Shown here in pieces: positions 27,542-38,587 of a DNA stretch of 62,526 bases. The notes beneath the pieces were generated by a model. The model searched no databases and was not told where the DNA came from. It saw only the letters and a list, made by a program, of their open reading frames with translations. The first letter of the stretch is position 1. Every line of letters begins with the position of its first letter. A program made the translations under genes and the position numbers. This DNA comes from a virus (lineage: Duplodnaviria > Caudoviricetes). Where the stretch lies: positions 1 through 62,526 of the IMG/VR virus record IMGVR_UViG_3300031972_001459; one strand, given 5' to 3'.

Positions 27542-28189
27542 ATGGCATACCAAGGTATTAATACGGGTTCATCTCCCAATAGTGGAACAGGTGACTCACT
27601 TATTGAAGGTGCCGAAAAGATTAATAGTAACTTTGTTGAACTTTACAACGTAGTAGGTAATGGAACTACTACCTTTGTTGGGGTTGTAACTCAAATTACT
27701 GCAGGTACTAATGTAAGTATTAGTACCTCATATGGTTCTGTTCAAATATCTGCACCTACACCATCACAGATAACCATCACAAACTTGAATGTAAGTGGTG
27801 TCTCTACTCTCGGTGTTGTGACCAGTGCAACATATTATGGTGATGCATCCAATATCACTTCAGGTAAATGGAATCTTGGGGCAGATGGTAGTACCCACTA
27901 TCAATTCACTGGTCCTGGTGGTTTAAATGCTACGGCTGATCCGGTAATATACCTTGCAAGAGGTCAATCATATGAGTTTGTAAATAACATGGGTGCACAT
28001 CCATTTGAGATTCGTTCATCGAATGGTGGTTCTGCATTCTCGACAGGTGTTACCAATAATGCGGTTTCAAATGGAACACTTAGATTTGATGTCCCATTTG
28101 ATGCACCAAACTCATTGTACTATCAATGCACTTCTCATGCGGGTATGGGTGGAACTGTTGTGATATATCCCGACCTGTTTACAGTCTAA
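27542..28189 (+). CDS. Virion structural protein with a cupredoxin-like C-terminal domain
   Basis: N-terminal PNSGTGDSL..GAEKINSNF.ELY; C-terminal HPF...LYYQCTSHAGM. Confidence 0.7.
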   Translation: MAYQGINTGSSPNSGTGDSLIEGAEKINSNFVELYNVVGNGTTTFVGVVTQITAGTNVSISTSYGSVQISAPTPSQITITNLNVSGVSTLGVVTSATYYGDASNITSGKWNLGADGSTHYQFTGPGGLNATADPVIYLARGQSYEFVNNMGAHPFEIRSSNGGSAFSTGVTNNAVSNGTLRFDVPFDAPNSLYYQCTSHAGMGGTVVIYPDLFTV

Positions 28190-28211
28190 ATAAAAAAAAA
28201 GTCCGGTAAAA

Positions 28212-29771
28212 ATGGCTGCGATAATTACAGATCAATTACGTATTCTGAATGCGAAGAATTTTGTGGATGATGTCCAGAATTCTTCTAATTCTTATTACGC
28301 ATGGATTGGTTTACCAGACCCTGCGGACTTCCAAAGTGACTGGGATTCAAACCCCCCAGCACCTAAGGATAGTTTAGACCAATCTAATGATTATTGGGAT
28401 ACGATGTTGGCTCTTAAGAGAATCAACTCTACTGATGTAAGCCAGGTTGTTAGAAAAATCATATGGCAATCTGGAACCACATATGACATGTGGAGAAATG
28501 ATATTACAAGGGACAACCCATCTCTTCCTTCTAATTCATACGACATTTATGACTCAAATTTCTATGTAATGAATAGTGAGTATAAAGTTTATATTTGTCT
28601 GTTCAATAATGCAAATCCAGAGAATAGTTACAGAGGTGGTCCATCACTGGATGAGCCAAACTTCACTGACCTAGAGCCTAGAGAGGCTGGTAGTAGTGGT
28701 GATGGTTATATCTGGAAGTATCTTTATACCATCAAACCAAATCAAATTATCAAATTTGATTCTACAAGTTATATAGCAGTACCAACTGATTGGAATACTA
28801 ATGCATCTTATGCTCCGGTAAAGGAGAATGCTACAAACAGTGGTCAAATCAAGATTGTAACGATTAGAAATCGTGGTGTTGGTATTGGAACTGCAAATGT
28901 TACTTACACCAGAGTACCTATTCTAGGTAATGGTAGAGGAGCAGAAGCCACGGTTGTTATTAACAATGACGCAAAGGTAGAATCTGTCACCGTTTCTAGG
29001 GGTGGTCATGGTTATACTTTTGGTACATTAGACCTGAAGAGTGGTGGTGTACCAAATGGAACAATTGCACCGATTTTTGATGTAATCATTCCTCCTCCCG
29101 GAGGTCATGGTGCTGATATTTACTCTGAACTGGGTGCATATAATGTTCTATCTTATGCAAGATTTGAAAATGATACTCAAAACCCTGACTTTATTACTGG
29201 AAACCAATTTGCCCGAGTAGGGATTGTAAAAAATCCAACAAACCACAGTTCTTCATCAAATCTTACCAAAGATAAAGCAAGTGCACTATATGCACTTAAA
29301 TTGGTAGGTACTGGTTATAGTGAAGCAGTATTCACTGCAGACTCCTTCGTAACTCAAACTGTTGGTCTTGGCTCTACTGCGGTTGGAAAAGTTGTTTCTT
29401 ATGACAATCAAACTGGTGTTCTAAAGTACTGGCAAGATAGAAGAACTGCTGGTTTTAATACTGATGGAACAAAAAACACTGTTCCAGTCTATGGATTTAA
29501 TCAATTAGAATTTACTGCGTCTCCAACCAATGGTGGTAGTATCAGTATTATTCCTACTTCAGGTAATACATTAAATATTGATACCGACTTTACTGGCGTT
29601 TCTACGGCAATAAATAGTAGGACATACTACTTGGGTCAGGAATTCACGAAAGGAGTATCGAACCCAGAATCACAAAAATATTCTGGCGATATCATCTATG
29701 TTGATAATAGACCTTCTGTTACCCGATCCTCTTCTCAGAAAGAAGATGTTAAAGTTATCTTGCAATTCTAA
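28212..29771 (+). CDS. gp8: Baseplate wedge subunit
   Basis: MAAIITDQ.R, VY.C..N, DGYIWKYLYTI, SGDIIYVDNR. Confidence 0.9.
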   Translation: MAAIITDQLRILNAKNFVDDVQNSSNSYYAWIGLPDPADFQSDWDSNPPAPKDSLDQSNDYWDTMLALKRINSTDVSQVVRKIIWQSGTTYDMWRNDITRDNPSLPSNSYDIYDSNFYVMNSEYKVYICLFNNANPENSYRGGPSLDEPNFTDLEPREAGSSGDGYIWKYLYTIKPNQIIKFDSTSYIAVPTDWNTNASYAPVKENATNSGQIKIVTIRNRGVGIGTANVTYTRVPILGNGRGAEATVVINNDAKVESVTVSRGGHGYTFGTLDLKSGGVPNGTIAPIFDVIIPPPGGHGADIYSELGAYNVLSYARFENDTQNPDFITGNQFARVGIVKNPTNHSSSSNLTKDKASALYALKLVGTGYSEAVFTADSFVTQTVGLGSTAVGKVVSYDNQTGVLKYWQDRRTAGFNTDGTKNTVPVYGFNQLEFTASPTNGGSISIIPTSGNTLNIDTDFTGVSTAINSRTYYLGQEFTKGVSNPESQKYSGDIIYVDNRPSVTRSSSQKEDVKVILQF

Positions 29772-29776
29772 GAGAT

Positions 29777-32700
29777 ATGCCACAGGAAACTAATCTAAAC
29801 GTCGCTCCTTATTTTGACGACTTTGATCCTAAACAAAATTATTATAAGATTCTTTTTAAACCTGGCTATCCAGTTCAGGCTAGAGAACTAACTGGTCTGC
29901 AGTCAATTCTTCAGAATCAAGTTGAAGATATGGGTAACCATTTCTTCAAAGAAGGTGCTAAGGTTATTCCTGGTGACTTGACTTATGTCAAAAACTTTTA
30001 TGGAATTCAGATTGAGCCCGAGTTTCTTGGTATACCTGTAGGTATATATCTAGAACAACTGGTTGGGACGATTATCACTGGACAATCGTCGAATGTAACT
30101 GCACGTGTTGTAACTTATATTACGGATGACGAATCGGATAGAGGAACTTATACACTATACGTTAACTATGAGAACTCATCTTCTGAAGAAGATGTAAGTA
30201 CTTTTATAAGTGGTGAAGTTTTAACCACGAGTACAAATATTAATTATGCATCAACTTTCATTGTATCTGGTGAAGGATTTTGTTCCACAATTCCTCAAAA
30301 CGCTCCTGTCATTGGTTCGTCTTTCAATCTTTCGCAAGGAATTTATTTCTTGAGAGGTTATTTTGTTGATGTTGCAACTCAGACTCTAATTCTTGACCAG
30401 TATAGTAATACTCCATCTTACAGAGTTGGTCTTGATATTATTGAAGAGATTATTTCTTCTGATGTTGACCCATCGTTGAATGATAATGCACAAGGATTTA
30501 ATAATTATACGGCACCAGGTGCAGATAGACTTAAGATAACCCCAGTATTAGCTAAAAAACCTCTCGACAATTTTGATGAAAGTAACTTTGTTCAACTTTC
30601 AGAAGTTAGTAATGGTATTCTGAGAGTAATCAATAGAAATACTGAATACAACTTTATAGGTGACGAGTTCGCAAGAAGAACTTTTGACGAATCTGGTCAT
30701 TATTATGTGAAAGAATTTGTTACTACTGTAAAAAACAGTCTGAACAACGAAGAAGGAAACAGAGGAATATACAATCCTGGACAAACCACTCAGTCTGGAA
30801 ATACCCCCGACGATAATATCGGAGTCTATAAGATTTCTCCGGGTAAAGCATATGTCAGGGGTTACGAAGTAGAAACTATAGTACCCTCATTAATTGACTT
30901 TGTAAAACCAAGAGCAACTAAGCAATTAAAAAATCAAGGTATTAATTTTGGTTTTGGTCCGACCATAGCACTCAACAGAGTCTATGGATCTCCATCTATT
31001 GGTATCAATACTACAAATACTTTGAGTCTTAGAAGTCTAAGAGTTGGTTCAAATCAAGAAACTGCACCAGGTAAAGAAATTGGTATTGCAAGAATCTACG
31101 ACTTTGCACTTGAGTCTGGTTCTTATGATACAAACTTCCCAAACCTAAATGTTTGGGACCTGTCTCTATTTGATGTTCAAACATATACAGACATTACTGT
31201 TAACGAACCAGTAACACTTAACACCTCCGCATATATTAAAGGAGAATCAAGTGGTGCAACAGGTTTCCTTAAGTATTCTGTAAGTGCAGGAACTGCAATC
31301 ACTGCATATAGTGTTGAGGGTGATTTCTTCAAAGGTGAGAGACTCCTATTCAATGGAACACTTGATGATGCAAGATTCGTTACTGAGTCAACTAATTTCT
31401 CACTCTCAGATACTAAGTCAGTATTTGGTATTGTAGGAACTGGCAACACATTTACTGCAGATATTATTCAAACTCCGGTTTATGATATTGGTAACGCAAC
31501 TTGTTCACCTCAGATTGCAAATTCTTCAAGAATTTCAATTCCAGTAGATCCCGGTTTCTCTTTCGTTGGTATTGTCACTGTCGGTAACCTTGTAAGGTTC
31601 TCTAGAACTAATCTTGATACTGCAACATTTGCAAGAGTAACAGGAGTTGGTAGAACCAATATTACAGTTAGTGGTGTAACAACAGTTACGGGTATCTGTG
31701 ATGGTGGTCTTCCTTCAGGAACTGAAACAGTTTCAAATGTACAAATAATCAGTACCAGAGCTCAACGTAATACTGGTTCTGGTAATATTACTGATAATGA
31801 ATCACTATACAGTGCATTCCCAAAAACTAATGTTGCATCTGTAGATCTGATTGATTCTGAGATTGTTATTAGAAGACAGTATAATACAAATATTACGACT
31901 AACTCTACTCCTGTAATTAATGCGGGAGATAATGAGTCATTCTTACCTTTCGATGAGGAAAGATATACTCTAATCAGATCAAATGGTCAGACTGAAGTAC
32001 TTACTGAAGATAGGTTTGTATTTACCAATTCTTTCAAGTCTGTTCAAATTACTGGTCTAGGTGCTGATGATGTTAACACCAAACTCATAACTACGATTCA
32101 GAAGAATAACGTCACATCTAAAACTAAACTGAATTCTGTTTCTAATAGTATTATTATTGACAAGTCAAGTTCATCTGCTTCTGGTATTGGTTCTACAACT
32201 CTACAAGATGGACTAGTTTCTGGAAATTACCCCTTTGGTACAAGAGTACAAGACGAAGTTATTTGTCTGAATACTCCTGATGTAACTAAAATTTATGGTG
32301 TATTCCAATCTGACGATGTAGGAGAACCTACTGCACCATATATGACACTATCTCAGATGGATGGTGTTAGTGGGACAACTAACGATTTGATTGTTGGTGA
32401 GACACTCTCTGGTCAAACTAGTGGTGCCAAGGCAATATACATTGAGAAGTTTACAGATACTAAAGTATATTTCATCTACTTAAATAGTTCGACTTTCCAA
32501 AACGGTGAAATTGTATCTGGAAGTCTATCATCAACTAATGGTATTGTCAATAGTGCAAAACTCGGTTCTAAAAATATCACCAGAGATTTCAAGTTCTCCA
32601 ATGGACAGAAAGGTGGATATTACGACTATTCAAGAATTATTAGAAAAGGTTCTGCAGGAATCCCATCCAGACAACTGAAAGTTTATTATCAGACTGCAAA

Positions 32701-35700
32701 TTATGATCCTGCCGACCAGGGTGATATCACCACAGCAAATTCTTACAATAATTTTGATTATGCAAAACTATCTACTGTAAATGGACATAGAAATTCTGAT
32801 ATCATTGATGCAAGACCTAGGGTAAGTGATTATATTGTTGCTGCTGGTTCAAGGTCACCATTAGAATTTGATGGTAGAAATTTTGCAGACGGTGTTGATG
32901 GTAATCAACATAGTTCTAAGCACATTATTGCTTCCGATGAAGTAATGACTCTTGGTTATGAGTACTATCTTCCAAGAGCAGATAGAATTTATATTGATAA
33001 AATAGGTTCTATAAGTGTAATTCAAGGTACTCCTCAGGATCAACCAAGACTTCCTGATAGTATCAGTGGAGCAATGAATATTGCTAATGTATTTTTACCT
33101 GCATACCTATACAAGACATCTGATGCAAAAATTAACTTTGTAGAGCACAAGAGATATCAGATGACTGATATTGCTAAACTCGAACAAAGAATTAAAAATC
33201 TTGAGTATTATACTTCATTGAGTCAAATTGAGACAAATACTCTTAATTTGTTTGTAGAAGATGCAAACGGTAATAATAAGTTCAAGTCTGGTATTTTTGT
33301 AGATAACTTCTCTTCTCTTGAACCCCAAGATTCTACAATCGGTATTAAGAATAGTGTCGATACTAGAAAAGGTATCCTGAGACCTTCTCACTACACTACT
33401 GCACTTAATCTTCAACTAGGAACAACTGCAATTACTGGAATTGGTGCAACTTCTGATGCAAACCAAGACTCACAATTTGCCGATATTGTTGGTAACAATA
33501 TCAAACAGACAGGAAGAGTTATTACTCTTGACTATACTGATCAATCTTGGCTGACACAACCATATGCAACAAGAATTGAAAGTGTCACTCCTTTCCTGAT
33601 TCAGTTCTGGCAAGGTACAATCAAATTGACACCAGATGTTGATGTTTGGATTGATGTCAATAGACTTGAAATCAATAACGTAATGATGGAGGGTTCGTTC
33701 CAAGGTATTGCAGAATCTCTTGGTGCGGAAGTAACAACCAATGCAGATGGTTCAAGAACTGGTGTAAGTCCTGTTCTGTGGAATTCGTGGGAAACTGTTG
33801 GTGTCAACTTGGATATGTCATTGTCAAATGTCCAACAATTCCTTCAAGGTGCATCTGATGTAGTATCAAATGGTCTTGTAGATAATCTTCTTCGTGGAAG
33901 AGATGTTGGTGTCGATCGAATTGTTGATGCAAGTGATGCAATTGTCAATAACATTTCTGCAGGTGGTGGAATTACATTAGATCAACAAAGATCTGGAACA
34001 CAATCAACAGTCAATGAAGTAATTGAGACCGAATCTCTTGGAGATAGAGTTGTAAGAAGAGATATCATTCACTTTATGAGATCTCGTAACATTGATGTTA
34101 CTGCAACAAAATTCAGGCCATTTACAAGACTTTATTCATTCTTTGATCAAGTAGATGTCAACAAATTTATTGTACCTAAGTTGATTGAAATTGAAATGAT
34201 CCATGGGTCATTCTCTATTGGTGAGACAGTCTTTGGTAGATTGAATAATGGTGGTTCTCAACAAAACAATTCGAGTTCTGTTCCACGTATAGACTTTAGA
34301 GTTGCAACATCTAATCATAAGTATGGTCCATACAACAACCCAACAGACATTTATGATGAAAGTCCATATGACAGAAACGTTTTTGTCAATTCGGCCTATT
34401 CAGAATCTTCTAATACTGTAAACATTGATACATTCAGTCTTTCGTCTGAAGATTTCCCACAGTTTAGTGGATACATCTCAAGTGGGATGATTTTGACCGG
34501 TAGAACTAGTGGTGCTCAAGCAAAAGTTACTAATGTAAGACTCATTAGTGATAAGAATGGTACTTTACAGGCATCATTCAGAGTACCTGATGGTGCGAAT
34601 AATGCCAACCCAACGTTTGAAACTGGTAGATCAAGATTTAGACTCACCAGTAGTAAAATTAATAGTCAAATTGAAGGTGCTGTCTCGACTGCAGGAGAAG
34701 GGACATTCTATTCACAAGGTGATGTAGATACAACTCAAGAAGCAACACTTTCTTTGAGAAATGCTGTAGTTGGCATTGAGGACCTTAGTCAACAAAGAAA
34801 TATTAATATTAATGATAACTTCACAACTAATACTATTGCGGTTGAAAGTGGATTTGATGTTATAACTACAATCGAACAAGATATTACAAATATAACGAAT
34901 ATAACTAATGTTGTACAACCACGACGACCAACACCACCACCTCGTCCTCGGCCGCAGGGAGGAGACCCTCTCGCACAAACATTCCGAGTTGATGATGAGA
35001 CTGGAATCTTTGTTACTAAGATCAATGTATTCTTCCAAGCAAAAGATGACACCGTTCCCGCAACTTTCCAGTTGAGAGAATGTAAACTTGGAACACCTAC
35101 AGAAACAGTTCTTCCTTTCTCGGAAATTGATATCAATCCTGCGGATGTAACACTCAGTAATGATGGTTCTGTTCCATATACCATTACATTGGATTCTCCA
35201 GTGTATCTAAATGGTGGAACCGAATATGCTATGGTTCTGTTGTCACATTCCGTTGAGTGGAAAGTATGGATTAGTAGACTGGGTGAGGCTGATGTAAGAA
35301 CTATAGATCAAGAGGCTGGTCAGATTCTTGTAACAGAACAACCACTCCTTGGTTCTTTGTTTAAATCTCAAAATGCTTCAGTATGGACTCCAAGTCAGTA
35401 TGAAGATCTTAAGTTTGAGATGTTTAGATCCTCGTTCAGACCATCTGGTAACGTACAATTCTTTAATCCAAATCTACCATCTTCTCTTTCACAGATCGAT
35501 CCAACTGGTCTTTCTATGAATTCTAGAGAGATTAGAGTTGGTCTTGGTACTACTGTTCAAGATAGTGATTTGGTATTGGGTAACACTGTCAAACAACTCA
35601 ATATTGGTGCAACAGGAACACTAGTTGCCTTTGCTGGATCTGCAACATCAAATCTTTCTATTACTAATAGTGGTAGTGGATATGTACCTGCAAGTGGTAG

Positions 35701-37441
35701 TCAATCTTATACTGGAGTTGCCCTAACATCAATTACTGGTAAAGGACTAGATGCTACTGCAAATATTACCATCACTAACGGTTCTGCTACAGCAGCAACT
35801 ATAAACAATGGTGGTGTTGGTTACGTAGTCGGTGATGTTCTGACACCTGTCAATCTAGGTGGTGTCAATCTTGGTTCTGGGATGCAACTTTCTGTTGAAT
35901 CTATTCTTGGAAATAACACTCTTGTATTGGAAAATGTTCAGGGTAACTTTGTTTCCAATTCTAGTTATCCATTATATTTTGATAATAATAGTGGTATTAC
36001 AACAGAACTCAACAGCACTGTAGGTGGAGATGTAATTCCCCTATCACCCATAACTACGGTTACTAATGGTGACTACATCAAAGTATTCCAAAGAAATCAC
36101 GGTCTATATTCTAATGTAGATAGACTCAATATTGATGGAGTATCGAGTGATGGGGCACCAACTACTTTGACTCAAGAATATCCATTCAATTCTACATCAT
36201 TCATCATTCTTGAGGGTGTTATAACTGATTTCGCAACATTTGAGAATATTGGAGTTGGTGCTACTAACCCTGGATATATCAAGGTTGGAGAAGAAATTAT
36301 TAGTTACACTGGAACTAATGGTAGAACATTGACCGGTATTGTAAGAGGAGTTGATAATACAACATTAGCAACTCACGATTTGGGTGAAATCGTTACTAAG
36401 TACGAACTGAATGGTGTTTCGTTGAGAAGAATTAATAGACAACACCTACTATCAAATGTTAATGCAAGTGATTTGGTAGAAGCTCCGATTGGATTGGATT
36501 ACTACTACATTAAAGTTCAAATGAATATTGGTGGTGTCAATAGAGCACCTGGTAATGCAGATGGTTTCCCACCACTATACTTCAATGAAAGAACTGTCGG
36601 TGGTGGTCCAAATGTAACAGGTACTTACAACCTACCATTCTCATTGATTACACCCAAGGTAACCACAATTACACCAACTGCGACTAATCTTATTACTCAG
36701 GTAAGAACAATTTCGGCATCAAGTATTTCTGGAAATCAACAGTCATACCTTGATGAGGGTTATGAGCAGGTCAATTTGTTTAGTAAAAATTACTTTGATT
36801 CTCAAAGAATGATTCCATCACCACTCAATGAGTCTCTATATTTGAATAGTGACCAATTCCCTGGTCAAAAGTCATTCTCTATGTTGTTCAGTATGTTTAC
36901 TACTGATGAAAGATTGAGTCCTGCAATTGACTTGGATAACGCATCTGTAGTCTTTACTTCAAATAGAATAGATAGACCTGTTACTAATTATGCATCTGAC
37001 TTTAGAGTCAATGGCACTGAGAACGATCCAAATTCGTTTGTATATGTTTCCAAGAATATTATTCTTGAAAATCCTGCAACATCTCTCCAAGTCATATTGG
37101 ATGCATACATTTCTAATAACAATGATATTAGATTGTTCTATGCATTGAATCAAGATACTAAACCAGAAGAGACTGTTTTTGTACCATTCCCTGGATATTC
37201 AAATATCGCGAGTAACGGTTCTATTATTGATATCTCAAACAATAATGGTACATCTGATGTAAGAGTACCCTCTATTGATTCCTATCAACCAGAACCGTCT
37301 GTGAACCTCTACAAGGAGTATAAATTCACAATTGATGAGTTGATACCATTTACATCTTTCCGTATCAAGATCGTTGGTACATCGATCGATCAGTCCAATG
37401 CTCCACTGATAAGAAACCTTCGTGCAATTTCGTTCGCTTGA
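29777..37441 (+). CDS. Large virion structural protein (DUF4815/VrlC-like)
   Basis: LNVAPYFDDFD, LFKPGYPVQARELT, APGADRLKI, DPLAQTF. Confidence 0.8.
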   Translation: MPQETNLNVAPYFDDFDPKQNYYKILFKPGYPVQARELTGLQSILQNQVEDMGNHFFKEGAKVIPGDLTYVKNFYGIQIEPEFLGIPVGIYLEQLVGTIITGQSSNVTARVVTYITDDESDRGTYTLYVNYENSSSEEDVSTFISGEVLTTSTNINYASTFIVSGEGFCSTIPQNAPVIGSSFNLSQGIYFLRGYFVDVATQTLILDQYSNTPSYRVGLDIIEEIISSDVDPSLNDNAQGFNNYTAPGADRLKITPVLAKKPLDNFDESNFVQLSEVSNGILRVINRNTEYNFIGDEFARRTFDESGHYYVKEFVTTVKNSLNNEEGNRGIYNPGQTTQSGNTPDDNIGVYKISPGKAYVRGYEVETIVPSLIDFVKPRATKQLKNQGINFGFGPTIALNRVYGSPSIGINTTNTLSLRSLRVGSNQETAPGKEIGIARIYDFALESGSYDTNFPNLNVWDLSLFDVQTYTDITVNEPVTLNTSAYIKGESSGATGFLKYSVSAGTAITAYSVEGDFFKGERLLFNGTLDDARFVTESTNFSLSDTKSVFGIVGTGNTFTADIIQTPVYDIGNATCSPQIANSSRISIPVDPGFSFVGIVTVGNLVRFSRTNLDTATFARVTGVGRTNITVSGVTTVTGICDGGLPSGTETVSNVQIISTRAQRNTGSGNITDNESLYSAFPKTNVASVDLIDSEIVIRRQYNTNITTNSTPVINAGDNESFLPFDEERYTLIRSNGQTEVLTEDRFVFTNSFKSVQITGLGADDVNTKLITTIQKNNVTSKTKLNSVSNSIIIDKSSSSASGIGSTTLQDGLVSGNYPFGTRVQDEVICLNTPDVTKIYGVFQSDDVGEPTAPYMTLSQMDGVSGTTNDLIVGETLSGQTSGAKAIYIEKFTDTKVYFIYLNSSTFQNGEIVSGSLSSTNGIVNSAKLGSKNITRDFKFSNGQKGGYYDYSRIIRKGSAGIPSRQLKVYYQTANYDPADQGDITTANSYNNFDYAKLSTVNGHRNSDIIDARPRVSDYIVAAGSRSPLEFDGRNFADGVDGNQHSSKHIIASDEVMTLGYEYYLPRADRIYIDKIGSISVIQGTPQDQPRLPDSISGAMNIANVFLPAYLYKTSDAKINFVEHKRYQMTDIAKLEQRIKNLEYYTSLSQIETNTLNLFVEDANGNNKFKSGIFVDNFSSLEPQDSTIGIKNSVDTRKGILRPSHYTTALNLQLGTTAITGIGATSDANQDSQFADIVGNNIKQTGRVITLDYTDQSWLTQPYATRIESVTPFLIQFWQGTIKLTPDVDVWIDVNRLEINNVMMEGSFQGIAESLGAEVTTNADGSRTGVSPVLWNSWETVGVNLDMSLSNVQQFLQGASDVVSNGLVDNLLRGRDVGVDRIVDASDAIVNNISAGGGITLDQQRSGTQSTVNEVIETESLGDRVVRRDIIHFMRSRNIDVTATKFRPFTRLYSFFDQVDVNKFIVPKLIEIEMIHGSFSIGETVFGRLNNGGSQQNNSSSVPRIDFRVATSNHKYGPYNNPTDIYDESPYDRNVFVNSAYSESSNTVNIDTFSLSSEDFPQFSGYISSGMILTGRTSGAQAKVTNVRLISDKNGTLQASFRVPDGANNANPTFETGRSRFRLTSSKINSQIEGAVSTAGEGTFYSQGDVDTTQEATLSLRNAVVGIEDLSQQRNININDNFTTNTIAVESGFDVITTIEQDITNITNITNVVQPRRPTPPPRPRPQGGDPLAQTFRVDDETGIFVTKINVFFQAKDDTVPATFQLRECKLGTPTETVLPFSEIDINPADVTLSNDGSVPYTITLDSPVYLNGGTEYAMVLLSHSVEWKVWISRLGEADVRTIDQEAGQILVTEQPLLGSLFKSQNASVWTPSQYEDLKFEMFRSSFRPSGNVQFFNPNLPSSLSQIDPTGLSMNSREIRVGLGTTVQDSDLVLGNTVKQLNIGATGTLVAFAGSATSNLSITNSGSGYVPASGSQSYTGVALTSITGKGLDATANITITNGSATAATINNGGVGYVVGDVLTPVNLGGVNLGSGMQLSVESILGNNTLVLENVQGNFVSNSSYPLYFDNNSGITTELNSTVGGDVIPLSPITTVTNGDYIKVFQRNHGLYSNVDRLNIDGVSSDGAPTTLTQEYPFNSTSFIILEGVITDFATFENIGVGATNPGYIKVGEEIISYTGTNGRTLTGIVRGVDNTTLATHDLGEIVTKYELNGVSLRRINRQHLLSNVNASDLVEAPIGLDYYYIKVQMNIGGVNRAPGNADGFPPLYFNERTVGGGPNVTGTYNLPFSLITPKVTTITPTATNLITQVRTISASSISGNQQSYLDEGYEQVNLFSKNYFDSQRMIPSPLNESLYLNSDQFPGQKSFSMLFSMFTTDERLSPAIDLDNASVVFTSNRIDRPVTNYASDFRVNGTENDPNSFVYVSKNIILENPATSLQVILDAYISNNNDIRLFYALNQDTKPEETVFVPFPGYSNIASNGSIIDISNNNGTSDVRVPSIDSYQPEPSVNLYKEYKFTIDELIPFTSFRIKIVGTSIDQSNAPLIRNLRAISFA

Positions 37442-37442
37442 T

Positions 37443-37685
37443 ATGAAACATTTAATACCAGTAGAAGGAATGGATGGTTATTTTAGAGACTCCTCAACCG
37501 GGGCCATTGTCAACAAAAATAACCTTGAGTTCCAAGCCTATGTAAAGAATAGGGAAAAAATGAATGAAGAGAGAGAAAGACTTAATTCTCTCCAAACAGA
37601 AGTTTCATCTCTAAAGGATGATATGAGTGATATTAAGAGTTTACTTTCAAACATTACATCGATGTTGAAACCGAACTATAAATAG
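37443..37685 (+). CDS. Small coiled-coil hypothetical protein
   Basis: RD..TGAIVN motif; start re-assigned to ATG 37443. Confidence 0.75.
   Translation: MKHLIPVEGMDGYFRDSSTGAIVNKNNLEFQAYVKNREKMNEERERLNSLQTEVSSLKDDMSDIKSLLSNITSMLKPNYK
37677..37684 (+). promoter_or_regulatory. T4-type late promoter
   Basis: TATAAATA upstream of gp13. Confidence 0.7.
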
Positions 37686-37708
37686 TCAATATAGAAGTTC
37701 TTATATAA

Positions 37709-38581
37709 ATGGCTCAGCCTACCACCAGACAAGAATTCACTGATTATGTTTTGAGACAACTTGGTGCTCCTATTTTGGAGGTCAATGTTGCTGACGAACA
37801 GGTTCAGGATTTGATTGATGATGCCATTCAATATTTTAACGAGAGACACTTTGATGGTGTTACACAGGTATACTTAAAGTATCAGGTAACTCAAGAAGAT
37901 ATTAATAGAGGTAGAGCAAGACCACCTGGTGCTCCTCAAAATCAGAATGGGACTGTTGGTATGGCATCAACATCCGCTACCGCAAGTATTGTAGGGACTG
38001 CCACTACATTTACATACTATCAGAATAGCAATTATATACAAATTCCACCTTCAATTATTGGAGTGAATAAAGCATTCCAGTTTGGTGGCGGAATGGGGCA
38101 AGGTATGTTCAATGTCAGATATCAAATGATGTTGAATGACTTTATTGGTCTTAATGGATGGGGTGCATCTGGATATGATTTGACATCGTATTCGATGACG
38201 ATGAGTTATTTGGAGACAGTTAACTTTATTCTGAATACTCACAAACAGATTAGATTTAATCAGAGAACTGATAGGTTGTATTTGGATATTGACTGGAGTG
38301 AGTTGCAGGTTGGTGAGTTTCTTGTTATTGATTGTTGGGCTGCAAATGATCCCAACGAGTATTCAAGAATTTGGAACGATTCGTTCCTGAAACCATATGT
38401 AACTGCTCTTGTTAAAAAGCAGTGGGGTCAGAATTTGATTAAGTTCCAGGGTGTGAAACTTCCAGGTGGTATTGAATTTAATGGGAGACAAATATATGAA
38501 GACGGTCAAGCAGATCTTGATAAGATCCAAGAAAAGATGATGAGTACATATGAACTTCCACCTTTAGATCTTATTGGCTAA
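37709..38581 (+). CDS. gp13: Neck protein
   Basis: LGAP..EVNV..EQ..D, QWGQNL.KF.GV.LPGG. Confidence 0.92.
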   Translation: MAQPTTRQEFTDYVLRQLGAPILEVNVADEQVQDLIDDAIQYFNERHFDGVTQVYLKYQVTQEDINRGRARPPGAPQNQNGTVGMASTSATASIVGTATTFTYYQNSNYIQIPPSIIGVNKAFQFGGGMGQGMFNVRYQMMLNDFIGLNGWGASGYDLTSYSMTMSYLETVNFILNTHKQIRFNQRTDRLYLDIDWSELQVGEFLVIDCWAANDPNEYSRIWNDSFLKPYVTALVKKQWGQNLIKFQGVKLPGGIEFNGRQIYEDGQADLDKIQEKMMSTYELPPLDLIG

Positions 38582-38587
38582 TACATT

